From positions 2,208,001 through 2,272,000 of the forward strand of contig CAXXLZ010000002.1 in assembly GCA_963675595.2 (NCBI GenBank): a stretch of 64,000 bases of DNA, written 5' to 3'. The translations under genes were made by a program, and so were the position numbers. The notes beneath the pieces were generated by a model. The model was not told the DNA's origin. It did no database searches and worked only from the letters and a program-made list of their open reading frames with translations. Of this stretch, positions 1-8,926 are shown piece by piece (within the stretch, counting starts at the first letter, position 1; every line of letters begins with the position of its first letter). Origin of the DNA: Thermodesulfobacteriota bacterium (GTDB lineage Bacteria; Desulfobacterota; Desulfarculia; JACQYL01).

Positions 1-3000
1 TGCTCGCTCTGGGAGCGGGGCCGGCGTGTGCAGAGGATCGCCCGCTGCGGTCGAAGGATTTCGGTCTGCACAAAGAGATTACTGAACGCCGGATGCAGGG
101 CATCCGTCGCCGTCGAGGCCAAAACGACTTCCGCGTAACTGGTAACGTCTATCGATCGCCTCGTCCGCGCACGGTTGGTGATGCGGACGCGGCGCAGTTC
201 GATGTCATCCTCGGGCGAAACAGCGATCTCGGTATGGGTTTCATAGTCGTGGTCGCGGCCGCGAAACTCGGCTCGACCTTCCGAGAAGATTGCCTCAAAA
301 TGATTCGATCGCTTGAGCGTCGGCTGACAGGTGGTTGACCAGAATTCCCTGCTGGTCACGTCGCGAAGGTAACAGAAGGAGCCCCAGCTGTCGCAGGTAC
401 TGTCTTCTCGCCAGCGCGTGACGGCCATGTCGTTCCAGCGGCTGTACCCGCCGCCTGCGTTCGTGACCATCACATGGTACCTGCCGTTCGAGAGCAACTG
501 CACCTCCGGTATCTGAGTGTCGGGGCTGTGGAAGATGCGCACCGGCGTTTCCGGAACTTTGGGTGTCGTCTGTGAGTCGGAGAGCTCGGCTGTGTGCCAA
601 TAGATGGCTGTGGCCTTGGGAATCCGCTCCTGGAGCAACAGCGTGGTCGCCTGGAACATCGGGTCCGACTCAAATCGCTTCTGCATCGGTTGGTCCAGGA
701 GCAGATAAGCCAGGGCGAGGAAACTCATGCCCTCGTGATGGGCCATGTACGAACGAACCACGGCACTCGATTGCCCGGGCGGCAGTCGCGACGGGGTGTA
801 GTCGACGGCTTCATAGAGTCCGTATTTCCCATCCAGCCCTTCAGCAGCGAGTCGCTGCAGATTCAGGCACGCCTCCTCGGGCGCCACCATCAAGGCGAGC
901 GCCGAGGCATAGGGCGCAATGACCAAATCGTCCGCCAATCCTCTGTTGAGCCCCAGACCGGGCACGCCGAACGCGCGGTACTGGTAGTTGTGATGAACGT
1001 CGATCGCGTTGTAGCCGGACTCAGAAATACCCCAGGGTCGCCCGTGGCTCCTCCCATATGCGATCTGCCTCCCCACCGCAGCCCGGTAGGTCTGGTCGAG
1101 CAGGGTGTCTCCGTAAGTCGGCATTACCAGGAGCGGCATGAGGTACTCAAACATCGAGCCGCTCCACGACAGCAGGATCGGCTCTCCACCGGCGACGGTG
1201 AGCAGACGTCCCAGTGCGAACCAGCTCGCCTGCGGCAGTTGTCCCTGCGCAATTGCTACGAAACTGGAAAATCTCGCTTCCGAAGCCAGAAGATCATAGT
1301 AACTCCCGTCCAGACGGTGTTCACCCACGTTGTACCCGATCGCCAGCAGATGACGCTTCTCGTCAAACAGAAAGTCATAGTCCATCCGGGCGAGTGCGTC
1401 GCATTGCAGGGCAAGTCCTTTGATAACCGCCATCCTTGTTCTGGCGTGCCGGCTGGCTGCGGTGATAAGGCGTTGAAGTTCATCAAGCCGTGCGCTCTCC
1501 TCGGACGGCGCGGCAGAGCTCAGTTGCTGCTCGATGGGCGGCAGTACCTTCACGTCCAGTGCGGCCAGTTCGCGCAGCGTTGGGATCTCGTCAAGATCAG
1601 GAAAGTCTCCGAGGTGATTTTGAGAAGATAAAAGCTCCGTCCACGGCGCGAGAGACATGAGTTCATCGAGGGTGTCTCGACATTGCCCGGCGAACGCACG
1701 GGCCCACCGCCCCAATTGGTTTTCAGCTCCGGCATCGAGAGCTTCGATGCCGGCGACGAATTCCGCAGCGGACGTTGCCAACCGATCAAGGCACCGTCGC
1801 AAAGCCATGAGCGTGGTGGGATAGGAACGGGTCGCAGACTCCAGGTCCTGCTGAATCTGAGCGAGCTGGGCCGGGGCATATTTTTCCGGAGTGGCGGCCG
1901 CAGCATCCACGACAATCCCGAGGGTATCGCTTAGGCCCTCAAACAAGCGCGTTCCCACGATCTTGTGATCGGTAAGTCCCAGCAGCCCCGACCGCAATGT
2001 CAGCAAATGGCCCGCGAGGTTCCCGCTGTCCACTGTCGAAATATAGAGAGGGGGCAGCGGTTTCAGGGACTCGGTGTCATACCAGTTGTAGAAGTGGCCT
2101 CGGTGTCGTTCCAGGGCTTCCATGGTGCGGAGTGCCTTGTCCGTGCGATCGAGGAGTTGTCCGGCCGAAACATAGCCGAAGTCGTAGGCGGATAAATTGG
2201 CCAGCAGCGCAAGTCCCATGTTGGTCGGCGACGTGCGGTGTGCCACCACGGGATCGGAATGCTCTTGATAGTTATCCGGCGGCAGCCAATGATCTTCCGG
2301 ACCGATGAAGGTCTCGAAGAAGGCCCAGGTCTTTCGGGAAAGCGTCTTAAGAAAGAGGGTCTGATCAGCCGTCAGCGTTGTTCGCCGGCGGGCAAGCGGT
2401 TGACTCATCCACCAGGCAATGGCAGGAGAGGCAAACCAGAGGCCCAGGATGGGTCCCGCCATGCCGAGCGCGGCCGGCCTCGAAAAGGTCAGATAAATCC
2501 CCGCAGCAGCGGCCAGGACAGGGGCAAACCACATTGTCCGCCAGGCGGCGGCGAGGTCCATACGGTTTTGGTGATCCGAGTCGCCCGACGGATTCCATTG
2601 TAGCAGTCGCTTATGCGTGATGAGCATCCGCCAGCCGACGCGCGCCATGGCATCCAGACTGAAAAACGCTTCGTATGGAAGGCATACGAGCGTGAATGCA
2701 GCCTGAACGAAGTGCCGGAGGGCCGAGCGCGCCTCGGCAGCGAGGTGCTGCCCCGGAGTCACATCGACTGGCTTCTGAAGCACGTTCAGGGCCGAAGCCG
2801 TCAAAGAAGGAATCAGGATGATGCCGATCACCGCCAAGGTCCAGAACCAGGCCGATGGCAACACGGCCCAGCCTAACAGCAGCAGGAGTGTCAACGCCGC
2901 AGCCATCAGACTGCGCCGCAGGTTATCGAAGATCTTCCAGCGGGACAGCAATGAGAGCGGATTCTTCTGCAGCCGCGCATCGGGGATGGGAATATCCGGC

Positions 3001-5408
3001 AACAGCCAGCGTGCAATCTGCCAATCACCGCGAATCCAACGGTGCCGGCGCGTCACGTCTGCGCTGTAGCGGGATGGGTATTCCTCATACAACTGCACAT
3101 CGTTCAACAGCCCGGCCCGGGCGTAACACCCTTCCAGAAGATCGTGGCTGAGGATCCGGTTGTCTGGTAATCGCCCAGCCAACGCCCGTTCGAATGCATC
3201 CACGTCATAGATGCCCTTGCCGATAAACGAGCCTTCACCGAACAGGTCCTGGTAAACATCGGAAATGGAGCGCGTATACGGATCGATGCCGGGATCACTG
3301 GCGCACATGAGCGCATACCGCGACCGGTTTGCGCGTGGCAGGCTCACCGCCACCCGTGGCTGAAGAATGCCGTAGCCTGCAACGACACGTTGCCGGCCTT
3401 CGTCGTAGCGCGCACGATTGAGCGGGTGCGCCATGGCGCCCACAAACTGCCATGCCGAATCCCTGGGAAGCAGTGTGTCCGTGTCCAGGGTGATCACGTA
3501 CTTCACGTCCGATAAGACCGCGGTTTTACCGACCACGAGCGCGAAGCGATCACTTGATCCGCCGCGCAGAAGCCCATTCAAATCCATAAGCTTGCCGCGC
3601 TTGCGCTCGTACCCCATCCAGATCCGGTCCAGTGGATTCCATCGGCGCGGTCGATGAAACAAAAAGAAGGTATCGCCTTCCGGACTCCGGTACTTGTCGT
3701 TTAGATCTTCGATTCTCCGCTGGGCCAGCCGCAACAACGGTTCGTCTTCCGGCAGCATTTCCTCGATTGCGTCGTGAAAATCGGTCAGCAGGCCGAAGTG
3801 GAGATGGTCATCCCGATTTGCCAGGAAGCGGACCTCCAGTGCCTCGATCAGGTCAGCGATGTTTTGATCGTTCGTGAGCATCGTCGGGACCACCACCAGC
3901 GTTCGGAATTCCGCCGGGATCCCTTTGGAGAAGTCCATGCGCGGCAGCGGCTGCGGCGTCGCCAGCAGCGTTGCCAGCCAGTTCACCAGGGCTACCGCCA
4001 AATGACTGGCGCCCAGAACAAAGAGCACTCCGACCAACCCCAGCGCCCAACCCCGCAATCCGCCGGCATAGGCCTTCGCCGCGAAGCACCCGGCGAAAAT
4101 CGTGGTCATCAGCAGGATGGCGCCGCCATACAGCAGCAATAGAAATCGGCGGCTGATTTTGTGCAGAACCTCAGCAGACGATAAGCGCACCTCAGCCATT
4201 CGTTCGAGCTGCGCCAATCCCTTGTCGATCAGGTAGAAGCCGACATGCGCCGAGCGGTCGTCACCGCCTTTCCGAGCAGCGCTATCCTGCGCCAGCCGGA
4301 TCGCTTGGCGCGCCACCTCGCTCTCGGAGCGGGGACTGCTCTTCGCAGCCTTTTCCACCACGTGTCGGTAGCGATCCCGGGTGGCAAAATCCATCTCGCC
4401 GTAGACGCCGCCAGGATCCTCACATAGGGTCTGCTCGACAATGCTCATCGTCTCGACGAACTCGCGCCAGTCCATCGCGCCCAGGAAACGGAGACTGCCG
4501 ATGCTGTTGCTCATCGAAACCTGGTCGGCGGCCTGTTGCTGGTTCTCCGAGCGCACCACCTGTTCGATGGTCAGGCCGGACTCGGACATTCGCTGTTCAA
4601 TCCAGGTGAGCGGCAGTGCCAGAGCGGGACCCCGGCCCTGCAACCGCCGGGAAAATTCTGCGACAAATGAACTCTCCAGCGGCGGGTTCGACCGAGCCAT
4701 GTCGGCGAGCCCCAGAACCAGGCTTTTCGGGTTCTTCGCGGCGATTTCAGTCATCTGATCCGCCCAGTAGCCGGCGCGGTTTCGCTCGATCCTTCCGGCG
4801 GCGATCCGGGCGGCGACACGCCGGAGATTTTCGATCAGGGCCAGGCGCACCATGATCGGGATGGCCCACAATTCGCCAAGATTCAGGGTGGTCACCGACT
4901 GGTAGGCGGCCACGAAACTGCTGAGATTTTCCGGGTCCATCCGACCATCGCCGTGCGAGATAATCTCAAGCGCAATGTCATACACGCGCGGAAGCCCGGC
5001 CGATGGGCCGTTCAGCAAACGCGGCAGCTCCCGGCTGTAACCCTTGGGCAGATGTCGCCTGGCCGTTTGAATCTGTTCTTCGATCAGATAGAAGTTGTCG
5101 AGAAGCCATTCCCCGGCAGGTGCAATCACAAGCTTGGCCGTGACTGCCTGCGTCAGCAGGTTGCGGGCTCCGATCAGGACGTCTTCATTCTCAGCCAGAC
5201 GCGTCAGAAGTCGGTCCGAACCGTGTCCTAAACTCAGCTTGTGCGAGTCCGCCAGGGCCTTGCCGTGTCGTTTCATCTGGTCGCTGCTGAATAGTTCCGA
5301 TCGCAGCGGCAGCTCGTCTCCGGTGTACTCTTGTTCCGCGACGGTTCTACCGAATCGCGCCCTTAAATGGAACAGGAGCCGGAGAATCCTCTTGTCGCTC
5401 AGCCTCAC
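1..5408 (-). CDS. ndvB: NdvB/Cgs-like cyclic beta-1,2-glucan synthase with glucoamylase/GH94 domains (3' end runs off the window)
   Basis: Absent from the ORF track because there is no stop in the window. GTG at 5408 follows AAGGAGA and reads VRLSDKR...ELPLRSELFSSDQMKRHG. The same frame at the window edge reads TSYAEVVLA...HPAFSNLFVQTE, a motif typical of the family. Confidence 0.88.
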   Translation of the reverse strand, partial: MRLSDKRILRLLFHLRARFGRTVAEQEYTGDELPLRSELFSSDQMKRHGKALADSHKLSLGHGSDRLLTRLAENEDVLIGARNLLTQAVTAKLVIAPAGEWLLDNFYLIEEQIQTARRHLPKGYSRELPRLLNGPSAGLPRVYDIALEIISHGDGRMDPENLSSFVAAYQSVTTLNLGELWAIPIMVRLALIENLRRVAARIAAGRIERNRAGYWADQMTEIAAKNPKSLVLGLADMARSNPPLESSFVAEFSRRLQGRGPALALPLTWIEQRMSESGLTIEQVVRSENQQQAADQVSMSNSIGSLRFLGAMDWREFVETMSIVEQTLCEDPGGVYGEMDFATRDRYRHVVEKAAKSSPRSESEVARQAIRLAQDSAARKGGDDRSAHVGFYLIDKGLAQLERMAEVRLSSAEVLHKISRRFLLLLYGGAILLMTTIFAGCFAAKAYAGGLRGWALGLVGVLFVLGASHLAVALVNWLATLLATPQPLPRMDFSKGIPAEFRTLVVVPTMLTNDQNIADLIEALEVRFLANRDDHLHFGLLTDFHDAIEEMLPEDEPLLRLAQRRIEDLNDKYRSPEGDTFFLFHRPRRWNPLDRIWMGYERKRGKLMDLNGLLRGGSSDRFALVVGKTAVLSDVKYVITLDTDTLLPRDSAWQFVGAMAHPLNRARYDEGRQRVVAGYGILQPRVAVSLPRANRSRYALMCASDPGIDPYTRSISDVYQDLFGEGSFIGKGIYDVDAFERALAGRLPDNRILSHDLLEGCYARAGLLNDVQLYEEYPSRYSADVTRRHRWIRGDWQIARWLLPDIPIPDARLQKNPLSLLSRWKIFDNLRRSLMAAALTLLLLLGWAVLPSAWFWTLAVIGIILIPSLTASALNVLQKPVDVTPGQHLAAEARSALRHFVQAAFTLVCLPYEAFFSLDAMARVGWRMLITHKRLLQWNPSGDSDHQNRMDLAAAWRTMWFAPVLAAAAGIYLTFSRPAALGMAGPILGLWFASPAIAWWMSQPLARRRTTLTADQTLFLKTLSRKTWAFFETFIGPEDHWLPPDNYQEHSDPVVAHRTSPTNMGLALLANLSAYDFGYVSAGQLLDRTDKALRTMEALERHRGHFYNWYDTESLKPLPPLYISTVDSGNLAGHLLTLRSGLLGLTDHKIVGTRLFEGLSDTLGIVVDAAAATPEKYAPAQLAQIQQDLESATRSYPTTLMALRRCLDRLATSAAEFVAGIEALDAGAENQLGRWARAFAGQCRDTLDELMSLAPWTELLSSQNHLGDFPDLDEIPTLRELAALDVKVLPPIEQQLSSAAPSEESARLDELQRLITAASRHARTRMAVIKGLALQCDALARMDYDFLFDEKRHLLAIGYNVGEHRLDGSYYDLLASEARFSSFVAIAQGQLPQASWFALGRLLTVAGGEPILLSWSGSMFEYLMPLLVMPTYGDTLLDQTYRAAVGRQIAYGRSHGRPWGISESGYNAIDVHHNYQYRAFGVPGLGLNRGLADDLVIAPYASALALMVAPEEACLNLQRLAAEGLDGKYGLYEAVDYTPSRLPPGQSSAVVRSYMAHHEGMSFLALAYLLLDQPMQKRFESDPMFQATTLLLQERIPKATAIYWHTAELSDSQTTPKVPETPVRIFHSPDTQIPEVQLLSNGRYHVMVTNAGGGYSRWNDMAVTRWREDSTCDSWGSFCYLRDVTSREFWSTTCQPTLKRSNHFEAIFSEGRAEFRGRDHDYETHTEIAVSPEDDIELRRVRITNRARTRRSIDVTSYAEVVLASTATDALHPAFSNLFVQTEILRPQRAILCTRRPRSQSE

Positions 5409-5640
5409 TCTTGGTATCTCCTTCTTATGACATGCCATGCGCTGTGCACGGCATACGGACTTTGTCGAAAAATATTTGTTGACCTAAAGGCGCTTAACCA
5501 AGCACACCCTCTCTGATTGACTCCACTCATCGTGTGGCCGGTCATCTATAGCAGCCTCCACAGAATCAAGAAAATCACAAATAGGGTCCATCCAACAATC
5601 CCGCACAGCCGCCCCATTCGTTTCAGATCGGATCGTCCGG

Positions 5641-5790
5641 TTGAGCGGACCCAAGGTCGACGGCAAATGCCCCCATCTCCTTAGACGAGTGGTGGTGTGG
5701 GACCAGACCAACGGCCGTGAAATCGTTTTGCGGGCCAATCACCTAGAGTTTGGCTCCACATCCATCGCAGCCATCTATAAGTTCAGATGG
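5641..5790 (+). pseudogene. IS4-family transposase C-terminal fragment
   Basis: LRRVVVWDQTNGREIVLRANHLEFGSTSIAAIYKFRW matches the IS4 region just before the YxxRWxIE motif; similarity stops after it. Confidence 0.7.
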
Positions 5791-6078
5791 AAGAAAAACC
5801 TTCTTTGGCACCGTGAGGACGCCCTTCCCACCCAACCTTTTCATGTCAATAAGAAATGGAGTTCATCCCGCCGGATTCCACCAGCCAATCCAGGTCGGTC
5901 TGGCGCTTACTGCGGTGACAGCGGGGAAAATACCCGCTGCCACCATCGCCGCGTTGATGACACCCGGCATACTGAAACGTTCGTCAGGGGCCTCCCGGCG
6001 TCTCCGCGTCTCGATGGCCGTTAATCTGGGAAGGGCCCTCGACCGCATTCCTATCACGTAAACGACCTTGCGGAAGCT

Positions 6079-6357
6079 TCATGCGAAATATGCCAACGCA
6101 TTCCGCAGGTCCCCATCGATATCGTCGACCATTTCATCCAGTTCTTTCTTGAACTTCTGATAGCTGTTCTGATCGGAATTCTCCAACTTCTTCAGGTGCG
6201 CCGCGGCCTTCTCGTGTTTTTGAGGGATCACCTCTACCCGGACATCCCGCGGCGCGTCTTTCTTTCGCTCCATCAGCGTCTTGAGCTCGCTATAAGTATC
6301 GTGGAATTTCAAGAGTCTCGTTTCCATTTCAGCCCTGTACATTTCTTTTTCGTCCAT
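6079..6357 (-). CDS. Small charged helical/coiled-coil hypothetical protein (92 aa)
   Basis: GGGAGGTG RBS precedes ATG 6357 (MDEKEMYRAEMETRL...); amphipathic helical pattern. Confidence 0.65.
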   Translation of the reverse strand: MDEKEMYRAEMETRLLKFHDTYSELKTLMERKKDAPRDVRVEVIPQKHEKAAAHLKKLENSDQNSYQKFKKELDEMVDDIDGDLRNALAYFA

Positions 6358-6637
6358 CAGAAACACCTCCCTTTCACGTAGCATTGGGTTTACCGGTGTT
6401 GGAGTCAGCGGCAAGTTGTAGCCTTCGCATCATTTCAGGCATCGTAGATTAAATCCGCGGTCCATACTAAAAAGCTCTTTCGCAATCAGCTGACTGTCTT
6501 TATACAACTTTGTCTTCCCCTATGGCTCATCCCTGATAACACTTGTTTCCTGTCACGAAATGATTGATAACTGCCGTTTCAAGATCGGGATAGGGGAAGG
6601 CCTCGCGGCCATCGCCCTCCAACACCAACGTACATAC

Positions 6638-7100
6638 GGGAGACATGATTTTCGATGCATTGTGCAAGAGGGTTATCAGCCTGGACGAGAGTATTGAACC
6701 CTTGGTCGCTGGAAGCAGTTCGTTGTGATGATGTTTGCTTAAATCACAACATGACACGGCCTTCGCGATATCGTGAATCAATTCCGGTTTCAATCGAGAA
6801 GGTTTCTATCACCAGGGTGCGTGCGTAGTTAAGCATTCCACCCTCGCGGACGCGAACCGTTGCCGTGACGCCGGGTTTTCGAAGCCATTTTTCATCATCA
6901 GTACAAAAAGTGTGCGTCCTTAGCCCCGAAGAAGCGATTTCGCTTCAAAAGCAAGCTGTATTCCCTGGACGCATCGGTGGTGGATTTATGCCTATCGTTG
7001 TTTGACTGGGCCAAGTTTCGGACCACCAAAGGCGGCATCAAACTCCACACGCTGTTGGACCACGATGGGTACATGCCGGCTTTCGTACAGGTCACCGAGA
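6638..7100 (+). pseudogene. Degenerate IS4-family transposase (DUF4372 N-terminus plus start of DDE domain)
   Basis: Frameshifted and stop-containing: GRWKQFVVMMFA*..LRDIVNQF..HSTLADANR..QYKKCASLAPKKRFRFKSKLYSLDASVVDLCLSLFDWAKFRTTKGGIKLHTLLDHDGYMPAFVQVTE. Confidence 0.8.
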
Positions 7101-7183
7101 CCAGACGCCCTCCGCCTCCCCCGTAACGACCGAGTCCACACGCTCCATGACCTCCCCGGGCACATGGTCGCGTAAATGCCGCC
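7101..7183 (-). pseudogene. Fragment of a B12-binding radical SAM gene
   Basis: Reads GGIYATMCP-(frameshift)-EVMERVDSVVTGEAEGVW, matching the GGxHAT...DxVVxGEAE motif of cobalamin-binding domains. Confidence 0.65.
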
Positions 7184-7363
7184 CACGAGCGCAACAGCGC
7201 CCGCGATCGGAGACAGCGGAATCGTTCTCGTCTTCTGGGCCGTCACATGGACCGGACCGATATCAACGACCTTCTCTCTGGTCGTGTAGGTGATGCCCTG
7301 ATAGGCAAGGGTCGCGATCCCTAAAACAATGAGGATCAAGCCTATCAGTGTGTATCTATTCAT
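7175..7363 (-). pseudogene. DUF3185-like small membrane protein, 3' truncated and fused
   Basis: MNRYTLIGLILIVLGIATLAYQGITYTTREKVVDIGPVHVTAQKTRTIPLSPIAGAVALVGGI, then unrelated sequence. Confidence 0.75.
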
Positions 7364-7394
7364 TTCGCTCTTCCTTCACATCGTCGGTTCAGCT

Positions 7395-7570
7395 TATGAC
7401 CTTCCGCGCGCCCCCGAAAGATATTGACCACCTCCACGATCAAGGCGACTAGATATTGACCACCTCCACGATCAAGGCGACTATCAGCAGGATGTGAATA
7501 ATCCCTTCCATCGTGTAACTGCTCAGTAGCCACGGCAGTCACAGCGTCACGGCAATGGTCCGATGTAGAG
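7395..7570 (-). pseudogene. lmo0937-family small membrane protein pseudogene (approximate limits)
   Basis: Residual WLLSSYTMEGIIHILLIVALIVEVVNI, paralogous to 12954..13103 and broken by a 32-bp duplication. Confidence 0.65.
7420..7483. repeat. Perfect 32-bp tandem duplication
   Basis: GATATTGACCACCTCCACGATCAAGGCGACTA twice (7420-7451, 7452-7483). Confidence 0.95.
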
Positions 7571-7714
7571 TAACTTCCATTTCTTGTCGGAGGCCTTGCC
7601 TCATGTGCGTAAACCAAATCGGCGGAATATCTATTCCCCAAGGGGGAGGGCCGTAGAACGGACCTCCTCACTGGTCCGGAACGTCAACTCTGGATGACGA
7701 TTTTCTGAAAAAGT

Positions 7715-8548
7715 CTACCGGAACCTATTTAGATCCATTTCCAATAAATCTAACCGACGGGAAATGTCCGTTCTCTCATCCTGCGTGGTATATCTGCCTC
7801 CTTCCGTCATTCGCAAATACTCACGCCGAACTGCGTCTAATCCTGCTTGAAGTTCTCTCCCCTCCGTCTGAGGCAGACGCCCGTTGCCTCTTCCGTCATC
7901 GATTCTCCTTTGGAGTGCGATAATCCTGTCCCCAATCCTTGGTTCTTGAATACCTGAAGTCCGGGCGGGCGCCCTGTTGATCTCCTCTCCGAGCGAATCG
8001 AGTCTTCCAAGAAGGCTGTCCCATTCTTCCCTGTAGACTTGCTTGTCTTTCAGCGCCGCATAGTCTCTTTGGATAACCTTCAGTTTCGTCAGAAAACCCT
8101 GGGACTGATCGGGGGTAAGCGCGCCGGTCTTCAGCCCATCCCCAATCTTCTCCTGGATTACAACCATCTTGGTCTCTGCACTTCTTTCGTAATCCGGCCA
8201 TGTCTGCCTTGGTTCTTGAATTCTTTTAGTTTGGGCCGACGTCCTGTTGATCTCCTCTTCGAGCAAATCGAGTCTTCCAAGAAGGCTGTCCCATTCTTCC
8301 CTGTAGACATTTCTGTTTCTCAGCGCCGCATAGTCTCTTTGGATGACCTTTAGTTTTGTCAGAAAAGTCTGGGACTGATCGGGGGTAAGCGCGCCGGTCT
8401 TCAGCCCATCCCCAATCTTCCCCTCGATTACATCCATCTTGGTCTCTGCATTCCTTTCATAACCCGGCCATGTCTGCATTGAGGCGCAGCCCCAAATCAA
8501 GCCTACTGCGAAAGCCACTGATACGATTAATAACGCAAATTTCTTCAT
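7715..8548 (-). CDS. Lipoprotein with two 90-aa helical tandem repeats
   Basis: Signal peptide with lipobox LIWG-C; GAAGGAG RBS; repeat QTWPxYERxAETKM...IQEPR occurs twice. Confidence 0.8.
   Translation of the reverse strand: MKKFALLIVSVAFAVGLIWGCASMQTWPGYERNAETKMDVIEGKIGDGLKTGALTPDQSQTFLTKLKVIQRDYAALRNRNVYREEWDSLLGRLDLLEEEINRTSAQTKRIQEPRQTWPDYERSAETKMVVIQEKIGDGLKTGALTPDQSQGFLTKLKVIQRDYAALKDKQVYREEWDSLLGRLDSLGEEINRAPARTSGIQEPRIGDRIIALQRRIDDGRGNGRLPQTEGRELQAGLDAVRREYLRMTEGGRYTTQDERTDISRRLDLLEMDLNRFR
7937..8476. repeat. Two 270-bp intragenic direct repeats
   Basis: 7937-8206 and 8207-8476 are highly similar at the DNA level. Confidence 0.9.
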
Positions 8549-8926
8549 TTTTGCTCCTTCCGTGTTGCTCTGGCTCGTTACCGGCCGGCGGCATCCACGC
8601 GCCCGCCGCCGGCAGCGATCCGGAAGCCTAATTGGACCACTCGACGGTCATCCGGTTGTTTATGCCCTTCACACCGTTTATGTCACTGGCGAGTTTGGTG
8701 ACCAGGTCCTTTTCTGCAGCGTTTTTGGCCTTGCCATATAACGTGACCACGCCTTCGGTCGTTTCGACTTTGGTGTTGTGGGCACTGGTCGAGCCATGGA
8801 ACAGCAGTGATAGCTTGACCTGGGCGGTGATGGAAGCGTCATCGATATCTTCGCCCACAGTTGTCCCTGCGGTTTTCGAGAGCTTTGACACTGTCATTTC
8901 ATTTTTTACGTCTTTGACTCCTTCAA

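Noticed and set aside
93-5430. Many plus-strand ORFs (e.g. 594..1631, 345 aa)
   Set aside because: Antisense shadows of the long ndvB-like frame in GC-rich DNA; no recognisable motifs.
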